Counted from the stretch's first letter, positions 19,611 to 29,168 are shown. The stretch is DNA of 64,000 nt from Candidatus Woesearchaeota archaeon (GCA_964471255.1 CAYYFB010000002.1:42283-106282); one strand, 5' to 3'. Numbers and translations are program-made. Notes: generated from the sequence alone by a model not told the origin.

Positions 19611-19643
19611 TCATGAAAATGCCGGAGGCATGGCATTTTATGA
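19611..19643. promoter_or_regulatory. Imperfect palindrome upstream of vapB (possible operator)
   Basis: TCATGAAAATGCC is paired with GGCATTTTATGA, with a nested ATGCC-gga-GGCAT. It lies about 40-70 nt upstream of the vapB start. Confidence 0.3.
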
Positions 19644-19712
19644 AAATACTACAGGACAAGAGAGTAAAAACTAAAAGTTAACAAGTATGACGGTATGTTT
19701 TTCTGGAGCAGG

Positions 19713-20459
19713 CTAATAGTTTTGAAATTTGGATTTAGGAAGATATTTTAGCCTAGAGAGAACAAAAATAGAAGTCATTATTCCAAAATTCAATTCAGAA
19801 GTAGCGTGTAGTAGGAATTTAAGTAAGGGAGGTATTACTCCCTCATAGACTCTTATCCCATGCAGGAGCATCCCTCCTTCAAAAAGTCCGTCAACAAAAC
19901 ATCCTACAGCAAAAGAAACTAAAGTAAGTCTCCTCAGTCCAAGCACCCAATAATTTATTGTAAAAAATATAATTGTTCCCATTAGCTCGATTAAATGGAT
20001 AACTAGAGGCCAGGGTCTTACTATTTCAATTTTCTTTTGAAAGAAACCAAAAGGGAGCAATCTTCCTAAGGGAAAAATTAACCAGCCAATTAAGAAGAGA
20101 AAAACGAGTTGATATACGTATTCCTTATCTTCTCCAATGTAGAAATATTTTATTAAGGAAACTGTGGTCACCATAGCTACGAGCGTTGGATCAAAGCCTA
20201 TGGCAAGTATCACTAATGGTTTTGAAAATTCTGGAGGATTATAGATTTTCCTTATTCCTAAGGACAACAGAATTACTTCGGCAATAAACATACATGTCCC
20301 AGCCGTTAATCCAAAAGCTAATTCTTTCATTTTCTTCTTTTTAAGGAGAAAGGCTATGAATAAAAGGGTAAAAATATAATCAAAGATGCAATATCCAATA
20401 TTAAAAACCCTATTAGTCTCGCTTGGGAGGAAAAAAACAGAAAAAACTTTAGATTTCAT
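19713..20459 (-). CDS. Polytopic membrane protein, function unknown
   Basis: It has multiple hydrophobic segments and no recognisable motif. Confidence 0.35.
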   Translation of the reverse strand: MKSKVFSVFFLPSETNRVFNIGYCIFDYIFTLLFIAFLLKKKKMKELAFGLTAGTCMFIAEVILLSLGIRKIYNPPEFSKPLVILAIGFDPTLVAMVTTVSLIKYFYIGEDKEYVYQLVFLFLIGWLIFPLGRLLPFGFFQKKIEIVRPWPLVIHLIELMGTIIFFTINYWVLGLRRLTLVSFAVGCFVDGLFEGGMLLHGIRVYEGVIPPLLKFLLHATSELNFGIMTSIFVLSRLKYLPKSKFQNY

Positions 20460-21094
20460 TTAATCACCAACGCAAGGAATTCTTGAATATATTTGAAACT
20501 TGGTATCTCATAAACTTGAAAATTCTTTCTAAAAGTAATCTTCTTTCCATATGGATTTACCCATACCAGATTTTTATAACCAAGTCTAGCCAATTTTAGA
20601 AGAAATGGCAAACAATCATCAACTATAATAACTTTTTCAGGCGAATAGTCCCTTACTATGTCCTCCTTCGAAGTTGAAGGAGACAAGAATAGGATTTTAA
20701 CATTACTATTTCCAACCCCCTTCAATAAAGAGAGAACCCAGGGTTTGGGGGAGTAAGTACAAATTAGGATATTATACCTTTGCTTTAATTTTTCAATAAT
20801 TTCTAGGTTTTCTCTTAATTCTCCAACTGTTTCTTCCGGAAGACAAAATCTTAAAAAGAATGCGAGTATTGTACAAAAGTGCCTTATAATTGAAACTAGG
20901 TTCTGATTAAGATTATACCTCAGAAACTCCCCTTTAGGATCCTGCAAATATTCTCTATATCTCTTTGAGAATATTTTTATTCCATATATTCCAAAAATTT
21001 TCTCTACGAGGGCTAAAATTCTGTCCCAATAGGAGATAGTTGGAGCCAAGGTTCCCTCAAAATCCACAAATAGTGTTACTCTTTTTTGCTCCAT
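20456..21094 (-). CDS. HAD-superfamily-like hydrolase
   Basis: It has an N-terminal LFVDFEGTLAP (DxDGT-like motif I variant) and a late IIVDD. Confidence 0.4.
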   Translation of the reverse strand: MEQKRVTLFVDFEGTLAPTISYWDRILALVEKIFGIYGIKIFSKRYREYLQDPKGEFLRYNLNQNLVSIIRHFCTILAFFLRFCLPEETVGELRENLEIIEKLKQRYNILICTYSPKPWVLSLLKGVGNSNVKILFLSPSTSKEDIVRDYSPEKVIIVDDCLPFLLKLARLGYKNLVWVNPYGKKITFRKNFQVYEIPSFKYIQEFLALVIK

Positions 21095-21157
21095 AGGTTT
21101 CTGATAGCTACTCCTTTATAATGACAATGTTTTTAAGTGAGGCTTGGAAGAAGATAA

Positions 21158-22000
21158 GTGATAAAGCATCTCTGCGATTGCCACGTACACCTCCACCCAG
21201 CCAGAATTGAAGCTGATAAGTCTGAAGTAGAAACCATTTTATCTAAAATAGTATCTACTCTTCTAAATATAAGAAGAAATCTTGTAAATCACGGGTATAA
21301 TTTGGAAAGGATCTTAGGAATAATTACTCCCCCATGCGCAGATTATGCATATAGGATTTTCCAAACAGAAGTAAGGAGAGACATTGTCCTTGCTGGATAT
21401 GTGTTCGCTCATTGGGACTGGAAGAAGGATTTTTCGAAATTCGCTTCTCTAATTGAAAGAAGAGTGATAAAGGCGATTAAGATCCACCATTTTATCTCTC
21501 CAGTGCTTGTTCCAGATATTGTAAATGACATAATCAATCTATCATCAAAAATGGGAGTTTCCCTTATATTAATTCATACCAATTCTATTTCCCCTGGATT
21601 TATAGAGATAATAAAGGATTGGGCAGATTCAGGGATGGTTATTATTCTTTTCCATGCCTATTGGCTTTTCTCTCCTTATCAACAATCTTCAATTAAAGGC
21701 CTGTATGGAGAAGAAACCTGGGAATCATTTCTGGAGCTTGCCCTCCGCAGAAACGTTTATATTGGGACATCTCCAAAGGAGCATACTTATTGGACTCCGG
21801 ATCCGGATCTTAGTAGAGCGTATGGCGCCCTTGGAGATAACTTGATCTTTGGAAGCGATTTTAGCCAGATATGCTTAGCTTGGCCTGGTGGGCCTATTAG
21901 AGAATATCTTTCAAGAATAGAAAGGGTTGAAAAAAGTATTGGATTCAATGAAAGGATAATGTATAGGAACTTCATCGATATTTTAAAGAGAATAAAGTAA
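21158..22000 (+). CDS. Amidohydrolase-fold (TIM-barrel) metal-dependent hydrolase
   Basis: It contains CDCHVHLHP near the N-terminus and FGSDFS near the C-terminus. Confidence 0.5.
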   Translation: MIKHLCDCHVHLHPARIEADKSEVETILSKIVSTLLNIRRNLVNHGYNLERILGIITPPCADYAYRIFQTEVRRDIVLAGYVFAHWDWKKDFSKFASLIERRVIKAIKIHHFISPVLVPDIVNDIINLSSKMGVSLILIHTNSISPGFIEIIKDWADSGMVIILFHAYWLFSPYQQSSIKGLYGEETWESFLELALRRNVYIGTSPKEHTYWTPDPDLSRAYGALGDNLIFGSDFSQICLAWPGGPIREYLSRIERVEKSIGFNERIMYRNFIDILKRIK

Positions 22001-22268
22001 TCTTTCGCAATAATTTTTTATAAAACAGTTCTTCCTCTAGTGTGATATTGGTAAATTTAAGTATTTAAGTCTGTATTAAGGGCATTTATGAATAAATTCC
22101 TTATAAAAGAGATTAAAGTTAGAAAGTTAGAATTCTTACTTTAATACTATTTTCCATAAAATTCAAAATAACACATTATTTTTTGAACAATATTTTACCC
22201 TTTCTTTTTATATGTAAAATTTTGTTCAAGTTTTTTAATTTACCTTTATACAGTAGTAACATACTAAA

Positions 22269-22982
22269 ATGATCATGAGCTGGGGTACCTCTTTAGAAAA
22301 ATTAATTGAAAGCATTGGGCCTGTTATACTTCAACCCACGGATGAAAATTGGGAAAGATTTGATGAATGTAGAGACATGCTTTATGAAGAACTTAGAGAA
22401 TATACGGCCACTGGAAGAACTGAAATAGCAAGAAAGGGAATAATTGCCTTATATCTCATAGCTAAAGATATGCTTGAAGGCTATATCCCCGTTACTCCCT
22501 CCTTTTTAGAAAAATTTCCTGTGAAAAAAGCTTTAAGAGCTGGAATAAGAATAAAGAAAAGAGCAGGCAAATATCTTTTCATAGGGGAATTTTCCTCACC
22601 AGACCTTTATGATGCTGCTTTTTCAATCCTAGAAACCGCTATGAAGATTGAGGATTTCTTAATAGAGAAAACAGGCAGCAGGGAGCCCATATTCGAAAAG
22701 GTATGCAGAGATAGTCCTGAAGTAAAAAAGATAATTTTCAATTCCATCGAGAAAACACTAAAAAAAGAAGCAGATCCCAGCTGGAAATATGCTCTTTTCA
22801 GGGCTTTAATATTCCTGGGTTCAGCCATAGCTGTTTATTCAAAGCTTGGCTATATCCCAGCTGAATTCAGTGTATTTATTAAATACCTTAGGAAATATGA
22901 TAAAGAAATGTTAGAAGATGAGTTTGTCAAAGAAACTTGGGAAGAATACAGGAAAAAAATAAAAGATATAATTAATCTATAG
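22269..22982 (+). CDS. Hypothetical protein
   Basis: It is a 237-aa ORF after a 268-nt very AT-rich spacer, with no motif recognised. Confidence 0.3.
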   Translation: MIMSWGTSLEKLIESIGPVILQPTDENWERFDECRDMLYEELREYTATGRTEIARKGIIALYLIAKDMLEGYIPVTPSFLEKFPVKKALRAGIRIKKRAGKYLFIGEFSSPDLYDAAFSILETAMKIEDFLIEKTGSREPIFEKVCRDSPEVKKIIFNSIEKTLKKEADPSWKYALFRALIFLGSAIAVYSKLGYIPAEFSVFIKYLRKYDKEMLEDEFVKETWEEYRKKIKDIINL

Positions 22983-23006
22983 CTTGTTTTTTTCTCTTTA
23001 TTATTT

Positions 23007-23915
23007 ATGAAAATTTATCGAATAGAGGAAAAGATAAAATTCGACGAACTAGATGGAAAAATATTATCTCTTCTTTGTCTTAATCCTAGAAAAAAGATTT
23101 CAGAGATAGCAAAACATCTTGGTATACCAAAAAGCAAAGTTTTATATAGAATTAGGCGAATGGAGAAAAATAACTTGATTCAGGGGTATTCTATCTTAGT
23201 TAATTGGAAATTGCTCGGTTTCAGATATTTCTTCATTGTAATAGACAAAATAGAAGGAGAAGAATTGAAGAAATATGTAAGTAGGGAAGAAAAGATTTTA
23301 AAAGCACACCTTGGTTATGGAGATTTCTTTCTTCTTCTAGAAGTTGTGAGCAAGGATGAAAAGGAATTAAAAGATATCCTGAAAAAAATAAAAGAAAAAG
23401 GGGGAAGGATAAAATATTTGCTTGAATGTTTAAATGTTTTAAGATATTTTCATTTAAATCTCCTCGATTTTGGTTGTCCATTCCCTCCATTCTCTCAAAG
23501 TCATTTAGAGAACGTAGAAATGCCAAAAGATGCCTTTCAATTGATAAAAGAACTGGAGAAAAATTCTAGAGAGAGATTAGTAAATATAGCTCCAAACCTT
23601 TCTTTTAAGAGGAAAAAGAAAATAATTGATTTTCTAATAAGGAAGAGAATAATAGTTCCTTACGTTATCTTGAATACTTCCAGGTTAGGATACAGGAGCT
23701 ATTTTGTTTTGCTTGAGGATTATCACCAAGCTTTAGAGAAGCTCTCTATAATATGCTATGAAACTCTTTTTCCTTATCAATACTTGGCTGTCTTTGACCT
23801 CAAAAAAGAAGAAGAATTCAGGAAACTACTTGAAGAGATAAGAAAAGAAACAAAGGCTGAATTTATGATGGAAACTTCAGAATGGAAATATACAGAATTA
23901 CCTAAGAGTTTCTAA
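23007..23915 (+). CDS. Lrp/AsnC-family transcriptional regulator (tandem-domain, 302 aa)
   Basis: It has the wHTH LDGKILSLLCLNPRKKISEIAKHLGIPKSKVLYRIRRMEKNNLI, and a second HTH-like segment lies near residue 180. Confidence 0.65.
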   Translation: MKIYRIEEKIKFDELDGKILSLLCLNPRKKISEIAKHLGIPKSKVLYRIRRMEKNNLIQGYSILVNWKLLGFRYFFIVIDKIEGEELKKYVSREEKILKAHLGYGDFFLLLEVVSKDEKELKDILKKIKEKGGRIKYLLECLNVLRYFHLNLLDFGCPFPPFSQSHLENVEMPKDAFQLIKELEKNSRERLVNIAPNLSFKRKKKIIDFLIRKRIIVPYVILNTSRLGYRSYFVLLEDYHQALEKLSIICYETLFPYQYLAVFDLKKEEEFRKLLEEIRKETKAEFMMETSEWKYTELPKSF

Positions 23916-24812
23916 TTTTTCATTAATGAATCTCTCAAATTCTTCTTTCTTGCAAGAAGCTCCACAGATAAACTTATCTGCTGCTCCATAATAGAGGATT
24001 AGTTCATCTTTGAACTCGACCAAGCCTGGAGCAAATATAACCCAATTAACCAATCCATAGCATTCATACCATTCCTTTGGATAAAGCAGAGGCTTTTCAG
24101 ACCTTGCTAGGATATTAAGGTCTTTATTAATGATTAGCCAGCCTGGAGCATAGATTTTCTTAAGCGGATGATTTGAAGAGTTATAAATTAGGAGATACTT
24201 TCCATTTCCTAAGCTTACTGGAGCGGGTCCAGTCTCGACTAACCATCCATCAAATTTTTTGCTCCTTGGTTTTAAATATATCCTTTCTATTTTCCATTCA
24301 ATAAGATCTTCTGAGGTTGCTAGATAAGTAAATGTCTTTCCCCAAGGTTTTTCACTTTCCATGCAAAGCATGCAATAGAGCCCATTTACCTTCCAAGGGA
24401 TCAAGAGTCCAGCTTTATAACCTGGTAAAACTAATCTTAATTTTTCCCATTCAATTAAATCGTCAGAAAATGCTATTCCTATCCTTGTCGTTTTGCCATC
24501 ATAGGCTGTAAAAGTCATCCAATATTTTCCTTCAAATCTTACAACTCTAGGATCTTCTACTCCCTTGCTTTCCTCCCAAGAAGTTGGAATTAAGATAGGA
24601 TTGTTTTCATACCTTTTTAAGTCCCTACCATCTTCGCTTATTGCTAGGCAAATAGTTGATTTCCCTAATCCAAGTGCTCTATAGAAGATATAGATCTTAT
24701 TATCCTTTACTAGCGCTGTTGGGTTAAAAACAGAGTCTTTTTCTTCTAGCCTTTCTGGAGTGGGATAAAGCAAAGGATTATTTTCGAATCTTTTAAACAA
24801 ACCTTCCTCCAT
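23898..24812 (-). CDS. GH130/DUF377-like beta-propeller glycosidase or phosphorylase
   Basis: It contains NPLLYPT...SVFNPTALV...IYIFYRA...EDPRVV...YYGAAD. Confidence 0.6.
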   Translation of the reverse strand: MEEGLFKRFENNPLLYPTPERLEEKDSVFNPTALVKDNKIYIFYRALGLGKSTICLAISEDGRDLKRYENNPILIPTSWEESKGVEDPRVVRFEGKYWMTFTAYDGKTTRIGIAFSDDLIEWEKLRLVLPGYKAGLLIPWKVNGLYCMLCMESEKPWGKTFTYLATSEDLIEWKIERIYLKPRSKKFDGWLVETGPAPVSLGNGKYLLIYNSSNHPLKKIYAPGWLIINKDLNILARSEKPLLYPKEWYECYGLVNWVIFAPGLVEFKDELILYYGAADKFICGASCKKEEFERFINEKLETLR

Positions 24813-24863
24813 GTTAAAGGAAGATTAGAACAAAATTTATCAATAGGAGTAATTGTTGTTAGA

Positions 24864-25949
24864 TTAAGAAACAATGAATTGTCTGCAAGTCTCTATTCCT
24901 TTAATTATCAGACATAGTTCATAAACTCCGGATCCTAATAAGTCACAATTAAGGGCCCTTGGCTGGATGTAGATGTCGGTTATGTTATTTGCTTCTAATT
25001 CAATCGGTCCAAAGTAAGAATAGTTATGAATGAGCTTTCCGGAGCAGGAGTAATCTCTAGAAAGACCTTTGAGCTTGAAATAACTTCCATTAATGGGAGC
25101 TTTTTCTTTAGAAGTTAGAGACACTTTAACTGGGCCTAAGTAAATTTGTTTTACTTCCTCTTCGCTTAAAGCTCTGTTATAAATGCGAATTTCATCAATA
25201 ATCGAATTGTCTTTTCCCATAACAACTGCTCGTGTATCCCATTTCATCGTTGAAGCGTTGTGGACGGAACATTTTTCATCATTTAAATAAAACATCATAT
25301 TGTTATTTGAGTCGTACACAAGTGCAAGATGATACCAAATATCTAGTTTGATACTAGGGTGTGCTAGATATACTCTCCCATACTTTTGGTCATTTACGAG
25401 AACATAAAATGCTTCAGAATAATAGTCACGTAAAAAGCTAAAGCCTGTAATTGTCCAACCTCCTTTACAGAGAATATCACGATATGAAGGTGGTCTAGTA
25501 ATTGATTTATACCAAAACATAACAGTGTAGCTCTGTGGTCTTAAACTTGTCGAATCGTTCACTTCAACATAATCATCCACTCCATCAAAGCTTAATGCAT
25601 ATCCATACTTCCCCTCAACCCATTTTGGTGGTGTGTCCCCATCTGCATTTGTAGAGTTAGCATCTAATAAAACTCCATCATTTCCATTCCCGCTCCAGTC
25701 CCTAGTTACATTCCCCTCTCCTTCTTCAAAAGGAAGGAAAAGGACTAATCCCTTCTCTTCATTTATTCCATATACATCCAGTACTTCCACTTTGGGTGTT
25801 ATCCCTTCTAGACTTTTTTCTATAGTCTTCTTCCCAGTCGCCGCAGTCTTTCCTATAATGGAGGAAAATGTATAGAAGGTAACAACTGAAATTGAGATTA
25901 TTATTACAAGAATTAATATTGAAGAAATAACCGGGGATATTGCTTTCAT
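24864..25949 (-). CDS. Archaeal type IV pilin-like (class III signal peptide) LamG-domain protein
   Basis: The N-terminus MKAISPVISSILILVIIISISV is followed by a LamG-like core ending in IDEIRIYNRALSEEEV and a Cys-containing tail paralogous to 3..437. Confidence 0.65.
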   Translation of the reverse strand: MKAISPVISSILILVIIISISVVTFYTFSSIIGKTAATGKKTIEKSLEGITPKVEVLDVYGINEEKGLVLFLPFEEGEGNVTRDWSGNGNDGVLLDANSTNADGDTPPKWVEGKYGYALSFDGVDDYVEVNDSTSLRPQSYTVMFWYKSITRPPSYRDILCKGGWTITGFSFLRDYYSEAFYVLVNDQKYGRVYLAHPSIKLDIWYHLALVYDSNNNMMFYLNDEKCSVHNASTMKWDTRAVVMGKDNSIIDEIRIYNRALSEEEVKQIYLGPVKVSLTSKEKAPINGSYFKLKGLSRDYSCSGKLIHNYSYFGPIELEANNITDIYIQPRALNCDLLGSGVYELCLIIKGIETCRQFIVS

Positions 25950-26022
25950 AATTAATTAACTTTTTTCTATAATTTTCAAACCTGCTCCAGTAAGGACAAA
26001 AACAAAGAAATAGGTTCTTCTT

Positions 26023-26442
26023 ATGTCTGGAGCAGCTCTTGCAATTATCACCGCAATTGTTTGGGGAATTGGAGGAACTTTAGATAAGGTTATTTTGCAA
26101 ACACTTAAAAGCCCAACTGGAGCGCTTCTTGCAGCAACTTGGAGATCTATAATTGTTTCCTTGGTTTTTTTATTTGTAGCATGGTTTAAAAGAATTTCCC
26201 TATCAAAATTTCCAGCAATTTTTATATATCTTGTGATTATTGATGGAATCCTAATAGCCTTGGGTGTTCTTTTTTATTTCAAATCCATAACACTGATTGG
26301 TGCAGGAAGAACAGCGGCCATCTCATCAACCTATCCTTTAATAACAGTAGTCCTAGCGTTTATCCTCTTAAAAGAAAAGATAACAGTAAAACACATATTA
26401 GGATCTATCTTGGCTGTAATTGGAGTAATTCTTCTTTCATAG
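26023..26442 (+). CDS. EamA/DMT-type small membrane transporter (single EamA domain)
   Basis: It is 139 aa with four to five TM segments and an EamA-like end (ILGSILAVIGVILL). Confidence 0.55.
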   Translation: MSGAALAIITAIVWGIGGTLDKVILQTLKSPTGALLAATWRSIIVSLVFLFVAWFKRISLSKFPAIFIYLVIIDGILIALGVLFYFKSITLIGAGRTAAISSTYPLITVVLAFILLKEKITVKHILGSILAVIGVILLS

Positions 26443-26443
26443 C

Positions 26444-27877
26444 TTATTCTTTGGGAAGATAGATGCTATGGGGCTTTAGTTCTGTGGTCCCAACTTGAGT
26501 TACAAATGCAAATTTAGCTTTTTTCCAAAGCTCTTTAATATTTTTTGCACCAACATATCCCATAGAGGCTTTTAAACCTGCAGAAAATTCTTTTACAACA
26601 TCACTAACACTTCCTCTATAAGGAACCCATCCCTCTACTCCCTCTGGAATATCTTTTGCTGGCATAGAATATCTATCAAGCGCCATCCTCTTTCTTCTTG
26701 CCCTTAAACTCCCCATTCCATAGTATTCCTTATAATACTTGCCTTCTAGGGCAATTAGCCTCCCGGGACTTTCTTTGCATCCAGCAAAGATATTTCCCAT
26801 CATTACGCAGCTCGCTCCAGCTGCAAGGGCCAAAGCAACATCCCCAGGATTTTTTACTCCTCCATCAGCAATTATGGGAATATTTACTCCATAATCTAGG
26901 CAAGCATCAGCAACCTGGGCAACAGCAAATAGGGTTGGGGCTCCTACTTTAGTAACAATTGAAGTAGTACAAATTGATCCGCTTCCTATTCCAACTCTAA
27001 ATCCAGATATCTCTTCTAGTTTTGTAATGCAATCTTCAGCAGCTTCATAGGTCCCTATGTTCCCAACTATTAATTCAGAACCTATTTCTTTTAGCAGCCT
27101 CTTTGTTGCTTCAATGCAGTTCCTATTATGAAAATGCGCAACATCAGTTACTAGTATATCTACCCATTTGTCTAGAGCCTTGGCCCTAGGAAGGTCAAAA
27201 GGAGAAATAGCTGCAGCACATAATAATCTTCCCTCTTCATCTCTAATAGCATTCGGATATTTCCCCCTACCTTCTATATCTTTAACAGTTATCAGCCCAA
27301 GCAATCTTCTATTTTCATCTACTATTGGTAATTTTTCAATCCTATGCTTATGAAGGATCTCTTTTGCCTCTTCAATTGTTATCCCTTCTGGAGCGGTTAT
27401 AACATCTTTTGTCATTACGTTTTCCACTTTAAGTTCTGGAGCGGCAAATCTAACATCCCTCCAGGTAATTATTCCAACAAGCCTTTCTCCTTCTAATACC
27501 GGTAATCCATGTATGTTATGCTTTTCCATTAGCTGAATTGCATCCTTAACTGTAGCATCCGGATTTGTAGTAATTACGTCCCTTATTATCCATGCCTCAG
27601 CCCTCTTTACTTTCTTTGCCATCTCAACTTCTTCTTCTATAGTGCAATTCCTATGTAGAACACCTAGACCTCCTTCTCTTGCTAAAGCAATTGCCATCTC
27701 AGCTTCAGTAACTGTATCCATAGGCGCAGAAACAAAAGGTATGTTTAGTTTGTGCTTTGGAGTGACCCAAGTCGAAATATCAACTTCCCTTGGCTCTACT
27801 TCTGTATAACCCGGAAGCAATATAACATCATTGAAAGTTAGGGCCGCTCCAGAATCCTTCAGTTTCTCCCTAAACAT
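26444..27877 (-). CDS. guaB: Inosine-5'-monophosphate dehydrogenase
   Basis: It contains LTFNDVILLPG, a CBS pair, the catalytic loop GIGSGSICTT and GGVKNPGD. Confidence 0.9.
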   Translation of the reverse strand: MFREKLKDSGAALTFNDVILLPGYTEVEPREVDISTWVTPKHKLNIPFVSAPMDTVTEAEMAIALAREGGLGVLHRNCTIEEEVEMAKKVKRAEAWIIRDVITTNPDATVKDAIQLMEKHNIHGLPVLEGERLVGIITWRDVRFAAPELKVENVMTKDVITAPEGITIEEAKEILHKHRIEKLPIVDENRRLLGLITVKDIEGRGKYPNAIRDEEGRLLCAAAISPFDLPRAKALDKWVDILVTDVAHFHNRNCIEATKRLLKEIGSELIVGNIGTYEAAEDCITKLEEISGFRVGIGSGSICTTSIVTKVGAPTLFAVAQVADACLDYGVNIPIIADGGVKNPGDVALALAAGASCVMMGNIFAGCKESPGRLIALEGKYYKEYYGMGSLRARRKRMALDRYSMPAKDIPEGVEGWVPYRGSVSDVVKEFSAGLKASMGYVGAKNIKELWKKAKFAFVTQVGTTELKPHSIYLPKE

Positions 27878-28142
27878 ATAGATTTCAGTTTATCTCCTAT
27901 ATTAAGATTCAACTGAAATAAAAAATTGATATTGGATTGCCGCTCCAGAACCCTTAATAGTACTCTTAGAATGTCAAAACCTTTATCCAAACAAATTCCT
28001 CTTTTCTCTGAGATTCCTATTTTTCTAATTTCTTTTATGCTTATTATTCATGTTAACTCTTCTCGATTGTTTGAAGATTAAAATTAAACTTCCTGTTTGA
28101 TAAATCGGAAATAAGAATTTAAGCCAAATCTACAACATTTTT

Positions 28143-28676
28143 ATGATACTTGGGATCGATGAGCTTCTTAGGCTTGTAAGGGAAAAAGAGCTTGTGAAAC
28201 ACCTTTCCGAAAGGGAAATTCAGAGACCTGAAGGAGCAGGATTTGATATAAGAGTTGGAGAGATATATGAGATTGAAGGGGAGGGATTCTTAGGAGTAGA
28301 AAAAAGAAAAACACCTACTCCAAAGCTAGTAGCTCAATATGGAAAAGATAAAGAATATATTCTCAAACCCGGGGCATATGTCCTTGTTAGGACTATAGAA
28401 GAAGTAAATATTCCTGAAAATCTGGTTATGCTAACCTTTCCAAGAAGTACATTACAAAGATGTGGTATACTGCTTTTGGCAACACAAACCGCTCCAGGAT
28501 ATTCAGGAAAGCTAGTATTTGGGATGAAAAATTTAGGTCCTTGCCCATTCAGAATGGAATTGGGCGCGAGAATAGCCCATGTAATCTTCTTGGAAGTAAA
28601 AGGAAAAACCAGTCTATACAGAGGGCAGTGGAAGGGAGGAAGAGTGGCCACTCCAGAACTGGAGCGGCAAGTATAG
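28143..28676 (+). CDS. dcd: dCTP deaminase/dUTPase-family protein
   Basis: It contains GAGFDIRVGE, PGYSGKLVFGMKNLG and ARIAHVIF. Confidence 0.7.
   Translation: MILGIDELLRLVREKELVKHLSEREIQRPEGAGFDIRVGEIYEIEGEGFLGVEKRKTPTPKLVAQYGKDKEYILKPGAYVLVRTIEEVNIPENLVMLTFPRSTLQRCGILLLATQTAPGYSGKLVFGMKNLGPCPFRMELGARIAHVIFLEVKGKTSLYRGQWKGGRVATPELERQV
28649..28667. repeat. Head-to-head motif pair at the 3' end of dcd
   Basis: CACTCCAGAACTGGAGCGG is an imperfect palindrome ending 9 nt before the dcd stop. Confidence 0.7.
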
Positions 28677-29168
28677 CTAGCTTATTTCTTTAATAACCTC
28701 TTGCCAAAGGATTCCTCCCTCTATTGCTTTATTACCTGTAAGTCTATATCCAAGTCTGGCAAAGAATTCCTTTGAACCCTCATATACATGAGCTCTAATC
28801 CTTTTTATTCCAATTTCCTTGGCTTTCTTTTCCAATTCTTTTACCAATTTGCTTCCTATCCCCTTTCTTCTATATTTCTGAAGAACATAAATATCATTAA
28901 TATACAGCTCCTCTGGGCTAGTTCTGAATGCGTAGAGAAAGCCAACTGTTTTATCTTCAGCCTCTGCAATTAAGATAATTTTGTTTGGATCTCTTAATGC
29001 TTCTTTCATTTTTTCTATAGAAAACCAAGGGAGCTCTCCCCAATATTTCCTATCTAACTCAAATGCTTCTTGCTTTGGAAGATTGTAGATGTCAGAAATT
29101 CCCTCCAGATATATTTCAAAAAGCATTTGATGATCAGAAGCCTTCGCTTGCCTAATAGATACTTCCAT
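28677..29168 (-). CDS. GNAT-family N-acetyltransferase
   Basis: It has the acetyl-CoA motif VLQKYRRKGIGSKLVKELEKKA. Confidence 0.7.
   Translation of the reverse strand: MEVSIRQAKASDHQMLFEIYLEGISDIYNLPKQEAFELDRKYWGELPWFSIEKMKEALRDPNKIILIAEAEDKTVGFLYAFRTSPEELYINDIYVLQKYRRKGIGSKLVKELEKKAKEIGIKRIRAHVYEGSKEFFARLGYRLTGNKAIEGGILWQEVIKEIS

Noticed and set aside
18488-19700. An integrated mobile element could be targeting tRNA-Glu.
   Set aside because: There is no integrase, no direct repeat of the tRNA 3' end within the window, and no virus or plasmid genes. Only a decayed toxin-antitoxin pair is present.
22001-22268. The AT-rich 268-nt spacer could be a replication origin.
   Set aside because: I could find no ORB/mini-ORB-like inverted repeats, and there is no adjacent orc1/cdc6. 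AT-richness alone is not evidence in this genome.
27881-27927. The inverted repeat TTCAGTT...AACTGAA in the guaB/dcd divergent spacer could be a regulatory hairpin.
   Set aside because: It is a 7-8 bp AT-rich stem with a ~22-nt loop, which is expected by chance in AT-rich spacers.
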